Assembly: GCA_000004695.1 (NCBI GenBank)
Contig: CM000152.2
Span: 1,664,001 to 1,728,000 of the forward strand
Direction: 5' to 3'
Source of the DNA: Dictyostelium discoideum
Lineage: Eukaryota
Length of the DNA: 64,000 nt
Shown here: one piece after another, positions 1-10,309 of the stretch
Numbering within the stretch: the stretch's first letter is position 1
How the letters are laid out: each line of letters begins with the position of its first letter
Notes under the pieces: model-generated
What the model saw: only the letters and a program-made list of their open reading frames with translations
Told to the model about the DNA's origin: nothing
Databases searched by the model: none
Made by a program: the position numbers and the translations under genes

Positions 1-699
1 CTGGATTATGATCTGATAATGAAGATGGAATTTGGTGGACTTGTGTATATATATTTTCAGGGTCTATTCTATTGTATTGAGTATATATTCTATCTAATCT
101 GTTGCCATGTGTATGAGTTGGAGTGTTTTTAAATTCACCTTGATCAATTAGATGGTGTTGGTATGTGTAGGATTGGATAATATCGTCTAATAGTGAATTG
201 TCGTTGTGGATACAGTTGAAATCTCCTGCGATAATAGATACATGTTGGGATTGGTTTGGTATTGGGTTTGTTGAGTGGTTGTGGATAAGTGTTTGTAGTG
301 AAGTTGCATATGAATTCTTTTTGATGGTATTATTAGATGCTGGTGCGTAAATTCCAAGAATACCAATTGGTAATTGATTTGGAAATATAACGTCTGCTAA
401 AATAGCTCTACCATCAATTGTTGATATGTGTTTGAGTTTGAGTGTGTTTGGGTTATGGTTAATGATTATTACACCATTTCCTCGTTTGGTGACAGAGATG
501 ATGTGATCGGGAAAATCATGTTTAAGTTGTAATGGTGATGAATTGAGTTCAGTGAGTATTGAGATTGTTGGACGAGGTGGAAGTTTTGATATAAGTAGTT
601 GTAGTGTGTCAACAGCTTTTTGGTAGGAATTGTGTTGATTGTTTGGGTTTTCAGTGAATCCTCTACAATTCCATGTTATAAAGTTGATTTTTGAGCTCA
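1..699 (-). CDS. Retroelement ORF2 N-terminus (AP-endonuclease domain), partial. It continues beyond the window edge.
   Basis: Translation MSSKINFITWNCRGF...VTKRGNGVIIINHN...GILGIYAPA...SIIAGDFNC matches the APE/EEP endonuclease motifs seen in copy-1 ORF2. Confidence 0.6.
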
Positions 700-843
700 T
701 ACCTTACTAGGTTTGGCAGCACCAGTATTGACTGGTTGTGCTGCTTCTTCTTGTATTTATTGTATTTGGAGTTGATGCACTTGGTTTGTTTGGTTGAGAT
801 TGTAGAGGTTTTTGTGGTACAATTGTTGGATCGGTTGGATTGC

Positions 844-1868
844 TCATTGATAATGAGTTTTCCCGTTATTATTATTTGAAGAATCACTTTTGTTTTGGGA
901 TTGATTGGTAATATCAAGTGATTCATTTTGTGTAGCTTTTGAACCACTATTTTGAGGTGGGTTATTATTGCGATTGGAATTTGCAATTTCGTTGATTGGT
1001 GGGGTGTTAATGTTGTTTTTTGGTGGTTGATTGTTTTTGTTCATGTTTGGGTTTGTGATAGCATTTTTTATAGTTGTTGCCATATCTGCATTTTTTGCAT
1101 GTTGAATTTTGTGTTTAGTGACACTACGTGTTGCAGCTTTGATATATCTTGTGATAACAGATGGTTGTTCGATCTTTTGATCAACAATGTTGTGTGTGTG
1201 ATCAATTAGATATGTTATAATGTAGCTTTTAAACGCAACAGCATATGAGTATGTGACAGTAAATGATTCAATTGATGTACAACTGGTGAATTTAGTGAGG
1301 TTGTTTGTAATTGCATCGTTTGCATGTTTGGGTGAGTACGTTTTAATGAATGTTTTAATGATTGCATAATCATTTGATGATATATCGAATCTATAGTTGA
1401 GTTTGTCGATATTTAGTGCAAGTTAGTTTTGAAGGTTATTATTGAAGTTAATTTATCAACGTTGCAATTTACGAAGGCAGTTGCACCAATTATTTTGAAT
1501 GCTGATGGCGACAGTATATCTTCGAAGAGTTTGTGAATGTTTTTGTGAATTTGTTGAATTCTTGTGTCATCTTTAGAGGTTAATTCTTCACGGATGTGTG
1601 GTTGATTAAAGTAACACTTAATGTTGATGGTGTTATTGTTTTTTTCTAAGAAAGAGAGTGGTCTTGTGATTGATGGAGGTGCAATGATATCTAATTGATT
1701 ATCAAGTCCTTTGTTTAGTGAGAGTTGGTTTGTTGGGGTTTGTTTTTTAGGTGTGTCGATTTTTGCACTTTTGTTTTTTGTTGTTGAGGTTGTGGAGGTA
1801 TTATTTGTATTGGTTGTGTTGTTATCTGTATGATTTAACTGTAATTCAGTTGAGTGATCATCAGCCAT
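844..1868 (-). pseudogene. Retroelement ORF1 (gag-like) of TRE copy 2, interrupted by a frameshift near 1412.
   Basis: The 151-aa ORF 1413..1868 continues in another frame (1400->844) as a long open frame (IDKLNYRFDISS...GKTHYQ*). Its position upstream of an ORF2 encoding APE endonuclease is typical of LINE-like elements. Confidence 0.45.
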
Positions 1869-1980
1869 TGTTGAAATGTATATAGGACGATAGCCCTTGC
1901 TTTATTGAGCAAAAAAGGGAAAAATTAAGAGGAATGAATGTGGCGGTGAAGATATAACAGTGATTTATTTATTATATGTA

Positions 1981-1984
1981 TAAA

Positions 1985-2014
<30 letters not shown>
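1981..2014 (-). repeat. Oligo(A) 3' tail of TRE copy 1 (A33 on the minus strand).
   Basis: A 33-nt T homopolymer on the plus strand lies at the 3' end of the minus-strand element, directly abutting the 5' UTR of copy 2. Confidence 0.55.
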
Positions 2015-2016
<2 letters not shown>

Positions 2017-2652
2017 TGGATTAACAAGATTGATATATGTCCATCTGTGTTAATACGAGTTTTTATATAATATTTATTTATAGGCTTATCATTTAAGCTG
2101 AAGGGTTATTTTAATCATATGAATTGATCAAAAGATATAATATTTGGGAGAGATGATTCTGGAATACAATAGTAATTAGCTGTTGTTTTTCTTAGCTTGA
2201 TCGTTGAGGTGAGAAGGATCTTAGGATCTTTGAAATTATTATGGTCTTTTGCTGATAAGTTTTTCAGATCTTTTGCTTTTTTGATGTATTCTAGAATGGC
2301 CAATTTGTGCCATTTCTTTAGAAGGAGCTGTATGATAGTGATTCATTTGTTAAAGGATCTTCACTGTATATTTGATTGCAAATCCAAATCCAAATGTTGT
2401 GGAGGATAAGGGCCATTAGGTTTCTATATGCGAATGATCTGGTTAGATCATAGTCTATTGCTTTATAGTTCCATTCAAAGTATTCTTTGTGGAATCTGTG
2501 GTTGGCGTAATCTGCATTCACTTCTTGATCTTTTTTGGCTGTCGGTGATAATTTTGGAGTTATTCTATTAATGAAATTGTTATTTTGCCTAATTCTTGTA
2601 TGGTGCCAGTTTTTACCTTTGCCTGTGGTAATATAGATGAAAATTTTTGAGT

Positions 2653-3243
2653 TTATTTATTTTTATGAAATGTTTTGTTTTCTTGCATGAGAAGAACAGG
2701 GTGACCGTATGGGTCTTTGCTCATATCTTCTTTGCAGAGTGGGCATTGTTTGTTGTGAAGGTAGTTTATTGGAAGGCATCTGGCATGGAATCTAAACATT
2801 GTGTCTCTTGTTTTAGGGTCTTTTATTTTCAGTATGTTGTTGAAGAGTTGATTATAGCTGTAGCCTCTTAAGTTTAGAGATGATTGGAATTCCGTTTTAG
2901 GGATGGTTGGATTTTGGTCTTGAATTGTGGTATACCATTCTGCCAGTGAAAGTGGTTGTCCATTTTCGTTTTTTATGGATGTGAGATTATTGTTGAAGAT
3001 TGCTTTTTTTATTCTTATTTTGTTCCATTCGTCTAAGTTTTCTTTTAGGTATCTGGATGTGAATTTGTTTTTTTGGATCTGATATTCCCAGCTTTTGTGA
3101 TGAGATGAGTTTGTTTGTTTGGTTTCTAGTGCTAGGATGAACTGGTTTATGATCCAAAGTTTCTGCGCCAGTTGTCTCAATTCTATATTCCAAATGTTCC
3201 AGCCCCCTACTTTTAGTGGGTATCTTGCTCTTTTGGTTCTCAT
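2653..3243 (-). CDS. Cys/His-rich C-terminal domain ORF of TRE copy 1 (196 aa). It is separated from ORF2 by a stop at 3368..3370 and ~125 bp.
   Basis: Ends ...CLPINYLHNKQCPLCKEDMSKDPYGHPVLLMQ, a CCHC-like zinc-knuckle typical of LINE ORF2 C-termini. It is out of frame with ORF2. Confidence 0.45.
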   Translation of the reverse strand: MRTKRARYPLKVGGWNIWNIELRQLAQKLWIINQFILALETKQTNSSHHKSWEYQIQKNKFTSRYLKENLDEWNKIRIKKAIFNNNLTSIKNENGQPLSLAEWYTTIQDQNPTIPKTEFQSSLNLRGYSYNQLFNNILKIKDPKTRDTMFRFHARCLPINYLHNKQCPLCKEDMSKDPYGHPVLLMQENKTFHKNK

Positions 3244-3370
3244 TAAATTAATAACTTGAAATCCACTAGCATTTTGTTGTGTTGGTGCGAATAAAAACCC
3301 ATTTGCAAATAATTAATTGATTTGGTTTAAATTCCTCTTCCTTAAAGTTCTTCTACATATGAATAGTGGG

Positions 3371-5722
3371 TTAATTTAGAGGAGTGCGAAGGCTTTTAGG
3401 GATGTTGGTTTTGGTTTTGATTGTTGAGTCAGTGGTTTTCCAAAGTACTAAGGATGATTTTATTGTGTTTAATATTTCTGGTATTTTTCCTGTTATCCCT
3501 TGCCCTGTGAAGAAGTATCCCAAGTATCTTTCTGGATTTGTAGATATTGGAATTCTTTGGTTGGTATTGTCTGGGTTGCCTATAAGAATTGATGAAGATT
3601 TGTCGATGTTTAGTTTTGAGGAAGTGGCTTTGCAAAATGAATTGAAGTGTTGTAGTACTAATTCAAGTTGTTGAGAGTCTGGGACCATTGAAGCCGAGTC
3701 GTCTGCAAAGCTTTGGAATTTCTCTCTGTGGTCGCTGTTGTTTAGAGGAAGGCCAGTAATTCGGTCATCTTGTAAAATTTTTCTAGCTAAAGCCTCTATT
3801 ACAAGGACGAACAGGGTGGGTGATAGTGGATCTCCTTGTTTAACTCCTCTTTTGATCTCAAAGGGTATAGTAGTTCTACCATTAATTTCAATTCTTGCTT
3901 CAGATTTGGTGAGTAGATTCATTATCAGGTTGATTATATTGGTTGGAATGTTGATGTGTTGTAGTGATCTGAGTATTGAACCGTGTGAAATCGAGTCAAA
4001 AGCTTTTTCGAAATCATATAGTGTAATTATTCCGTTAATTCTTTTATCATTACAATAGTTGATTAATTCGTTCATTGATATGATATTATCTATAATGAAT
4101 CTGCCTGGTACGAAACCTTTTTGATTGTGGTTGATCACTTTCGTTAGTATTGGGATTATTCTATTGTTTATTAGTTTTGAGTGGATTTTATATATACAGT
4201 TAGCCAGTGTAATTGGTCTTCTGTTTTTGATTAGTTCGGGGTCTCCCTTTTTAGGTATCGTGATAATGAGGCCTTCTTTGTAATTTTTGCTAATTAGATG
4301 AGGATTTCTTAGAGTGTCGTTGAATGCTGAGGCCAGTATTGGAGCTAGTTTTTCTTTGTGTGTTATGTAGAATAAGTTTGGAATTCCATCTGGGCCTGGA
4401 GATTTGTGTGGGTTCAATTGTTTTATTACTTCTAGGATCTCTTGTGTTGTGAATTCATTTTCAAGGTTGTCCCATGTTGAGTCCCTGGTCACTGTCCAAT
4501 TTTCCAACATTTCATAATGAGATGGTGGGTCATCTTCTTTGTAGTCATAAAGATTTGAGTAATATTTTACGTATTCTTCTTCGATCAATTCCTGTTTGTT
4601 GATTGTTCTACCTTGTGCATCTTTTACTGCGTTGATGGTGAAATCATTGTGTCTTTTCTTGATTCTCGCGGAGATGTACTTGAGTGAGGTTTCTTCGCAA
4701 TAGTTGTTCAATTCTTGTTTAAGTTGTTCTTCTCTTTTTTTAGATTCATTTATTGCTGAAAGGGTTGCGAAGGCTTGGTCTTTAAATTCTGTCTCTAGTA
4801 GGGAGATTAGATTTTTGATGTTTGCCTTATTGTTGTAGTCATTTTGTTTTTGAAATTCTGTGTATAGTTGTTTTATTTTGTTTAGTAAGCTGTTGAGTTG
4901 AGAGAAGGAAATAGAGTTATGGTTGGATGACAGCTCCCTTGAATAATCGTTAAGTAGGAAGTCTATTTTCTTAAGCATTATGCTTGAGAGGATTGAGGAT
5001 TTTTTTAATCTCCATCTGCGCTTGTTCATCTGTATGTTGGGTAGAGTGAAGGTGGTTGATAGGAAGTTGTGATCTGATAGAGGTATGTCATTAATTTTTG
5101 GGGGGATTAGGTTCCTTAAGTATAATTGGCTGTAGTTGATTATGCTATTGTTAAGGTATATTCTGTCTAGTCTCCTTTCCAAGATTCTTGTGAGGTTATT
5201 GTTTGTGTTGTGTATCGTTCTTGAGAAGGTGGGTCTTTTATTTAGTTGGTCCATATCCATTAGGTTATTTGAAATTCTGATGGCTTCGATTACTGTGGCC
5301 ATCTCATCTGGGGATTGTGTTGTCAAGTTGCCTTGGTCATCATTTGATGTGTGATTGTCATTGAAGTCTAAACAGTTGAAGTCGCCTGCTATGATGTCAA
5401 TGTTTTTATTAGGGTTAGACGTTAGGTTGTGGTATTGGTTGTTGAAGTGTTTGTTTAGTGTTGAAGCTAGTGTTTTTCTTTTATCAGGTTGGGCCGGGGC
5501 GTATATGGCCAAGATTCTCGTTGTGGTATCTTTTATTAGAATGTCTGATATTATTAGTCTACCTTCTATTATGAATATTGGTGAGAGTTTTATGTTTTGG
5601 TTGTTGTGGTTTAGTATTCCTATTCCGTTGCCTCTTTTGGTTGCGCTAATGATGGAGCCAGGGAATAGCTGGTGTGCTTGTGTTGCGTCGGCGTTGAGTT
5701 CATTGACTATGGTTAGTGCCAA
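3371..5722 (-). CDS. TRE copy 1 ORF2 (AP endonuclease plus reverse transcriptase). The true frame opens upstream to ~5870 and overlaps the ORF1 end. The TTG at 5722 is only the ORF-track start.
   Basis: APE motifs are KINQWNVRG (upstream extension), SATKRGNGIGI, AIYAPA and IIAGDFNC. RT motifs are PKKGDPELIKNRRPITL, GIITLYDFEKAFDSISH, QGDPLSP and FADDSA. Confidence 0.75.
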   Translation of the reverse strand: MALTIVNELNADATQAHQLFPGSIISATKRGNGIGILNHNNQNIKLSPIFIIEGRLIISDILIKDTTTRILAIYAPAQPDKRKTLASTLNKHFNNQYHNLTSNPNKNIDIIAGDFNCLDFNDNHTSNDDQGNLTTQSPDEMATVIEAIRISNNLMDMDQLNKRPTFSRTIHNTNNNLTRILERRLDRIYLNNSIINYSQLYLRNLIPPKINDIPLSDHNFLSTTFTLPNIQMNKRRWRLKKSSILSSIMLKKIDFLLNDYSRELSSNHNSISFSQLNSLLNKIKQLYTEFQKQNDYNNKANIKNLISLLETEFKDQAFATLSAINESKKREEQLKQELNNYCEETSLKYISARIKKRHNDFTINAVKDAQGRTINKQELIEEEYVKYYSNLYDYKEDDPPSHYEMLENWTVTRDSTWDNLENEFTTQEILEVIKQLNPHKSPGPDGIPNLFYITHKEKLAPILASAFNDTLRNPHLISKNYKEGLIITIPKKGDPELIKNRRPITLANCIYKIHSKLINNRIIPILTKVINHNQKGFVPGRFIIDNIISMNELINYCNDKRINGIITLYDFEKAFDSISHGSILRSLQHINIPTNIINLIMNLLTKSEARIEINGRTTIPFEIKRGVKQGDPLSPTLFVLVIEALARKILQDDRITGLPLNNSDHREKFQSFADDSASMVPDSQQLELVLQHFNSFCKATSSKLNIDKSSSILIGNPDNTNQRIPISTNPERYLGYFFTGQGITGKIPEILNTIKSSLVLWKTTDSTIKTKTNIPKSLRTPLN

Positions 5723-5826
5723 TGAGTTTGGGGGGGATTGGGATTTGATAAAGTCTGTTTTGTTTTTGAAGGAGGTGTCAGTGCCCCAACCTCTGACATT
5801 CCATTGGTTGATTTTGATTACTACTA

Positions 5827-7077
5827 TTATGAGATGATATCGATCTCCTCTTGGGAGTCGTATAGCTGCGGTTTGGATGGTGAAGGGTAGATACTCTCTA
5901 TGAAGCTCTCAATGATTCCTTTCCTTTCTTTTTTGACAGGTGTCTTAGGGGTGGATGGGATGTAAGGGTTGCTTCTGTTTATTGTTGGTGAGAGTTGGGT
6001 GACTTCATTGTTTGAGTGGATTTCCTCGTTCTTGCGTTTATGTGATGGAGGGATGTTTAGTGTCTTCTCTCTGTTTTCCGAGGATGAATGGATGTTAGTG
6101 CTTGTTTTGTTGGCATTGTCTTTTTGGATGGCGTTGGATGTTGTGGTAGTGGTTGTGGTGGGTTTGACAGATTGAGATTCTGCTGGGTTTTTGGGGGGAA
6201 GAGGTTGAGATGACTTTTTTGCTTGGGCTTTTTTCTCTTGTGTTGATTGTTTATCAGACTGATTGTTTGCTGAGTTGTTTGTTTGTTGTTGTGGTTTTGG
6301 TTGAGAGGATTTGATTGCTATCCTGTTTTGAGTGTTAGGAGGATCTGTCATCTCATCTTCTAATGGTTCCTCCGTGTTGGTTGTCTCTACTTTCTTGTTT
6401 TTCTTTTGTGAGGAGTAGGTTTTGGGGGCCGTTCTGATGGTAAAGTTTGCGATTTCTGTAATGTGTTGGCCATATTTCATTTGATCGCCTATTTTGCATT
6501 CTATTAGACCGAATACTATGAGGTGGTCGGTGGAGTATATAGTATTGTATATTGCATAGGGTATTTCTTCTGCAAAGGCAGTTTTGATGAGGGCGTCCAC
6601 TATTCCTGCCTTTTCTCTGGGAATTCTTACTCTTCCTGAGAGGACGCGGAAGTCTCTACTGGAGGAGATGAAGGTTCCCAATTTGCTTCTATCTCTAATG
6701 ATATTTAGGAGAGATTGTTCGTTTTTAATCATCAGGTGGATCATTTTTCTAGTTCCTTTGCCTATGTATATCTTGTCGATTGGGATATCGTAGTTTGAGA
6801 GTGTTTTTCTCATTTCTTCTAACCCCTTGAGATCCATTTTGGGGAATTCGAGTGTAATTGGGTAGAATCCGTTGTTCTTCTCGTAGGTTGAGAGCGCAGT
6901 CATGTTCAATATGGTCTCGCAGTATTTGGAGATGTCTTTGAGGCCTATTGATAGTTTGGGGTAAGTTTCCTTTATCTCTGCTGTTTTTGTGGAGAATTCC
7001 TTAATGAAGTTCTCCGATGCCTCGTCCATATGGGTGGAGGGGTTGGCCATTTTAGCCGCGTCTGCGTAGGAATTCAT
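5827..7077 (-). CDS. TRE copy 1 ORF1 (416 aa, nucleic-acid-binding gag-like protein).
   Basis: Long ORF with a basic, Ser/Thr/Gln-rich C-terminal half, placed immediately upstream of the RT-encoding ORF. Confidence 0.6.
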   Translation of the reverse strand: MNSYADAAKMANPSTHMDEASENFIKEFSTKTAEIKETYPKLSIGLKDISKYCETILNMTALSTYEKNNGFYPITLEFPKMDLKGLEEMRKTLSNYDIPIDKIYIGKGTRKMIHLMIKNEQSLLNIIRDRSKLGTFISSSRDFRVLSGRVRIPREKAGIVDALIKTAFAEEIPYAIYNTIYSTDHLIVFGLIECKIGDQMKYGQHITEIANFTIRTAPKTYSSQKKNKKVETTNTEEPLEDEMTDPPNTQNRIAIKSSQPKPQQQTNNSANNQSDKQSTQEKKAQAKKSSQPLPPKNPAESQSVKPTTTTTTTSNAIQKDNANKTSTNIHSSSENREKTLNIPPSHKRKNEEIHSNNEVTQLSPTINRSNPYIPSTPKTPVKKERKGIIESFIESIYPSPSKPQLYDSQEEIDIIS

Positions 7078-7337
7078 CTCGATGGGATTCCTTTGAATCG
7101 GCGATTTGGTAAGTTAGATCTGTAGATCGTGGTGGATTGGTGATTTTTTTCGAAAGATTGGTTAAAATTGACCGAGATTAAGGATAGAAAAGGATGAATT
7201 ACTTTTCACGTGTATCTTGTATCCTCTTGATAGCGGTACGGTTTTTTTTTTTTTTTTTTGTTAGTATCTATGTGTTTTTGTCCATCTGTTTGTTTTGGAG
7301 GTCTATAAAAAACAAAAATAACAAAAATTAAAATGAA

Positions 7338-7409
7338 AGTTCCGAACCAGGATTGAACTGGCGACCTAACGATTTGCAGTCGCTTGCTCTTCCACTGAGC
7401 TATCGAAAC
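7338..7409 (-). tRNA. tRNA-Cys (anticodon GCA), 72 nt.
   Basis: Minus-strand sequence GTTTCGATAGCTCAGTGGAAGAGCAAGCGACTGCAAATCGTTAGGTCGCCAGTTCAATCCTGGTTCGGAACT folds as a cloverleaf. The acceptor pairs GTTTCGA/TCGGAAC, the D-stem GCTC/GAGC, and the anticodon loop is CTGCAAA. There is an A-box TAGCTCAGTGG, a B-box GGTTCAATCC variant (AGTTCAATCC), and a downstream T-run terminator. Confidence 0.9.
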
Positions 7410-7587
7410 TTGTTGAAATTTTTGGATTAATAGCCAATTTTGGCCGTTTTTTATCGCAGGATCGAATCCATGCATGGTCAATTTTAATTCCTCTTTTATT
7501 TAAACAAACTAAACTGTAGACAGATGGAAGTTAAATTAATTTTTAATTTATTTATACTTTTATTTTTTTTTAATTTAAAAAGTAATT

Positions 7588-7919
7588 TTAAAGATAATTT
7601 CTATGTTTTGGCTCATGAGCGAAATCATCATTAAGTCCATCCAAATAAATTGTCTTTTGACATAACTGATCCATCATTTCAGGTGTAACACCATCAATTG
7701 TAGGAACATTAACAAAATAGAATGGTTTATTCAATTGATTCATATGAGATAACCCAAATGGATGAGTACCACACTCATTACAAAAATAATGAATAGTATG
7801 AAATGGTTCAAATTTATATTCCTTTAATGCACCACCACCACCATTCTCTTTACCTTTAGTAATTGTCATTAGTTCTGGGTCAACTCTTATTTCCCAAAAT
7901 CTATATTTAACACAAATTG
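7588..7919 (-). CDS. GFA-family (glutathione-dependent formaldehyde-activating enzyme / CENP-V-like) zinc protein, exon 2 of 2.
   Basis: Continues exon 1 in phase 1. Contains the second Cys cluster HYFCNECGTHPFG. Confidence 0.6.
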
Positions 7920-8006
7920 CTATTTGATTTTTATATTATTAAAATTAGTTTATTTTTTTCACACACCTAGAAATCATATCTAATACTGCTTAATTTAATT
8001 ACTTAC

Positions 8007-8139
8007 TGCAATTGCATTTATAATTTGGTATATCAATAATATTTGTTTTATCTTTAATTATTCCAGAGTATCTTACTTTTCCACAATGGCATCCTCCATT
8101 TAATTCCAATTGTTGTTTTCTATCTTTTTCAGATTCCAT
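8007..8139 (-). CDS. GFA-family zinc protein, exon 1 of 2. Start ATG at 8139; intron 7920..8006 is GTAAGT...ATAG.
   Basis: MESEKDRKQQLELNGGCHCGKVRY... carries the CxC GFA motif. The 87-nt AT-rich intron has a consensus donor and acceptor. Confidence 0.6.
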
Positions 8140-8244
8140 ATATAAAAAGAGATTATTTAATTAATTAATTAATTATTAAAATAAATAAAAAAAATTAAAA
8201 AATAAAAAAAATTAAAAAAAAAAAAATTTGGTTTTTTGGTCACA

Positions 8245-8279
<35 letters not shown>

Positions 8280-8696
8280 ATAATAATAATAATAAAATAA
8301 TAATAAACAAAAAAACAGAAATAAAAAAATAAATAAAAAAAAAAAAAAAAAAAAACAATTGTATATTTAAGATTATTAAGGATATTACTAAAGTTACTCA
8401 CATTTTTAAGTTTTAAAGAGAAAGAAGAAGATAAAAAAAAAAAATGATATCACGATTGTCGTTTTAAAATGTTAGGATTTTTTTAATTTTATTTAATTTT
8501 TTTTTTTTTTTTTTTTTTTAAAATAATATTTTTAAAATATCATTTTTTTTTTTTTTTTTTTTCCTTTCCTTTTTCTTTGTGTGTCAAAATATATAAATTA
8601 AACTCTTTTTTAAAGAGAATTATAATATAATAATAATAATAATAATAATACCAATACCAATACCAATACTAATATAATAATAAACATAGTAATAAA

Positions 8697-9557
8697 ATGA
8701 CAGATAGACAACCATTAATTTCAAAAAATGATGATATTATTAATAATCTCACAAGATTCTATACTGAATTAACCGAATTTGAAAAGATTATAAAGGATGT
8801 TGGTACAGGTCGTGACACAACTACATTAAGAAGTACACTTCATAAAAAAAAGGTTAATTTAGCAGATGATTTAAAAGTTATTGCACAACAAATTAAACAA
8901 TTACCATCATCAAAATTACCAAAATTCCAACAAGAAAAAATCGTTAAACAATTTAAAGAAGCTTCTTCAAAATTTGAAGAATTATTATCAACCTCAAATA
9001 AAAAAGAATCATCACATGAACCAATTGTACCAAGTCAACAACAACAACAACAACAAAATAATGGTAATAGTAATAATAATGGATATAATACAAGAGGTGG
9101 ATATAATCAACAGCAACAACAACAACAACAACAATATAATGATTACACTAATAATAATAATAATAATAATAATAATGAAGTTGAACAATATAATAGATTA
9201 GAACAAGCATTAAAATCAGGTATTGAGCAAGATGAAGAAGAATATACAAATCGTATTCTTGATGAAAGAAATGCAAATGCAAGACAAATTGCAAGAGATG
9301 TTGCAATGTTAAAAGAAGCAATGGATGATATTGCTGTTATGGTTGGTGAACAAGGTGAAATGTTAGAAAAAGTTGATGACAATGTTACAAATGCTGATGT
9401 TGCTGTCGAAGATGCTGTTGTAGAATTAGAAAAAGCATACGTTTATAAATCATCATACAGAAAGAAAATGATCATTTTCGTTATTTGTTTATTAGTTACT
9501 CTTGTCGCCGTTGGTATATTTTTAGCAATTTACTATGGTGTAATAAAGAAAAAATAA
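8697..9557 (+). CDS. Syntaxin (Qa t-SNARE), syntaxin-7-like, 286 aa, with a Q/N-rich insert.
   Basis: A C-terminal SNARE heptad region (ARDVAMLKEAMDDIAVMVGEQGEMLEKVDDNV, Gln at the zero layer) is followed by a single TM helix (IIFVICLLVTLVAVGIFLAIYYGV). The N-terminal part is Habc-like. Confidence 0.75.
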   Translation: MTDRQPLISKNDDIINNLTRFYTELTEFEKIIKDVGTGRDTTTLRSTLHKKKVNLADDLKVIAQQIKQLPSSKLPKFQQEKIVKQFKEASSKFEELLSTSNKKESSHEPIVPSQQQQQQQNNGNSNNNGYNTRGGYNQQQQQQQQQYNDYTNNNNNNNNNEVEQYNRLEQALKSGIEQDEEEYTNRILDERNANARQIARDVAMLKEAMDDIAVMVGEQGEMLEKVDDNVTNADVAVEDAVVELEKAYVYKSSYRKKMIIFVICLLVTLVAVGIFLAIYYGVIKKK

Positions 9558-9608
9558 AATAAAATTAAATAAAATTAAATAAATAAATAAATGATTTTTT
9601 ATTTTATT

Positions 9609-9640
<32 letters not shown>

Positions 9641-9720
9641 GAAGTTTAAACTTCTTCTGACTTCCCCCTTTTTATTTTTTTTCTTTTTTTTTTTTTTTTT
9701 TTTTTTTGTAGTCTTTATTT

Positions 9721-10171
9721 TTAAATAATTATAATAAAAATATTAAAAATGAATATTATATATAAAATATTTTTTAAATACCAAAATGTTGAAACTGATT
9801 TTGAAATTTCATCAGAATTATTAATATTACTATTGTTATTATTATTATTATTATTATTATTAAATTGATTTGAAGGCATTTGTAAAATTCTTTCTTCATA
9901 TAACGGGTCAATTATACCATCGAGTGTGAATGGTTGTGCTCTAAATCCTCTTGAACTTTCATTTAAATAACCAATTGAATTTTTACAAATTAATGTTGGA
10001 TTTTCACTCGAGAATCCATTTTTAGTAATTTCAAATTTTTTAGGATCTTTATTTATAATATCACATGTTGAAATTTTATATTTTAAATCTGAACATTCCA
10101 TTGTAATTCCATCTACACAATATCCATTTTTAATTCCAAAACTAAAAATTGGTTTATAATCACATGTTGAT
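9721..10171 (-). CDS. Hypothetical secreted Cys-containing protein, exon 2 of 2.
   Basis: In frame with exon 1 across intron 10172..10309 (GTAAGT...TTAG), which contains a 73-nt dA:dT tract. There is a poly-N tract near the C-terminus. Confidence 0.45.
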
Positions 10172-10173
10172 CT

Positions 10174-10175
<2 letters not shown>

Positions 10176-10248
<73 letters not shown>
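10176..10248. repeat. 73-nt homopolymeric dA:dT tract (intronic).
   Basis: Continuous T run on the plus strand inside intron 10172..10309 of a minus-strand gene. Similar tracts lie at 20681..20722, 46755..46799 and 50085..50140. Confidence 0.9.
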
Positions 10249-10252
<4 letters not shown>

Positions 10253-10309
10253 AATTATTAAATTAATAAATTAATTATTTTATAGTACTTAAAAAGTTAA
10301 AAAACTTAC

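Larger units (their letters stand above)
1..1980 (-). mobile_element. TRE-type (tRNA-gene-targeted) non-LTR retrotransposon, copy 2. The 5' portion is present and the element runs off the left edge of the window. It is diverged from copy 1.
   Basis: Minus-strand ORF1-like frame runs 1868->844 with a frameshift near 1412. An ORF2 start (ATG at 699) is followed by an apurinic-endonuclease-like domain (ITWNCRGF...AGDFNC) that parallels the copy-1 ORF2 at ~40% identity. A short 5' UTR (1869..1980) abuts the oligo(A) tail of copy 1. Confidence 0.6.
1981..7246 (-). mobile_element. Full-length (~5.3 kb) TRE-type non-LTR retrotransposon, copy 1. It is probably TRE3-family, because it lies ~90-170 bp downstream of a tRNA gene.
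   Basis: On the minus strand it has a 5' UTR (7078..~7246), ORF1 (7077->5827), ORF2 with APE and reverse-transcriptase domains (~5870->3371), a Cys/His C-terminal domain ORF (3243->2653), a ~640-nt 3' UTR and an A33 tail (T-run 1981..2014 on the plus strand). Its 5' end faces the 3' end of tRNA-Cys. Confidence 0.7.

Noticed and set aside
5722-5722. Track ORF starts at 5722, 26810, 35753, 53101 and 62695 treated as initiator methionines.
   Set aside because: The underlying codons are TTG or GTG, not ATG. Each is an internal position of a longer exon or frame whose true 5' boundary is a splice acceptor or an upstream ATG. They should not be called as independent gene starts.
3384-5837. Plus-strand ORFs (3384..3674, 3738..4058, 5136..5354, 5355..5837) and the minus-strand ORF 3429..3635 inside the retroelement.
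   Set aside because: They are antisense or out of frame relative to the strongly supported APE+RT ORF2 on the minus strand. They are hydrophobic low-complexity translations typical of shadow ORFs.
7206-7481. Minus-strand 91-aa ORF overlapping the tRNA-Cys gene.
   Set aside because: It runs across a Pol III gene, an oligo(A) tract and terminator T-runs. The translation is dominated by K/F homopolymers, so it is spurious.
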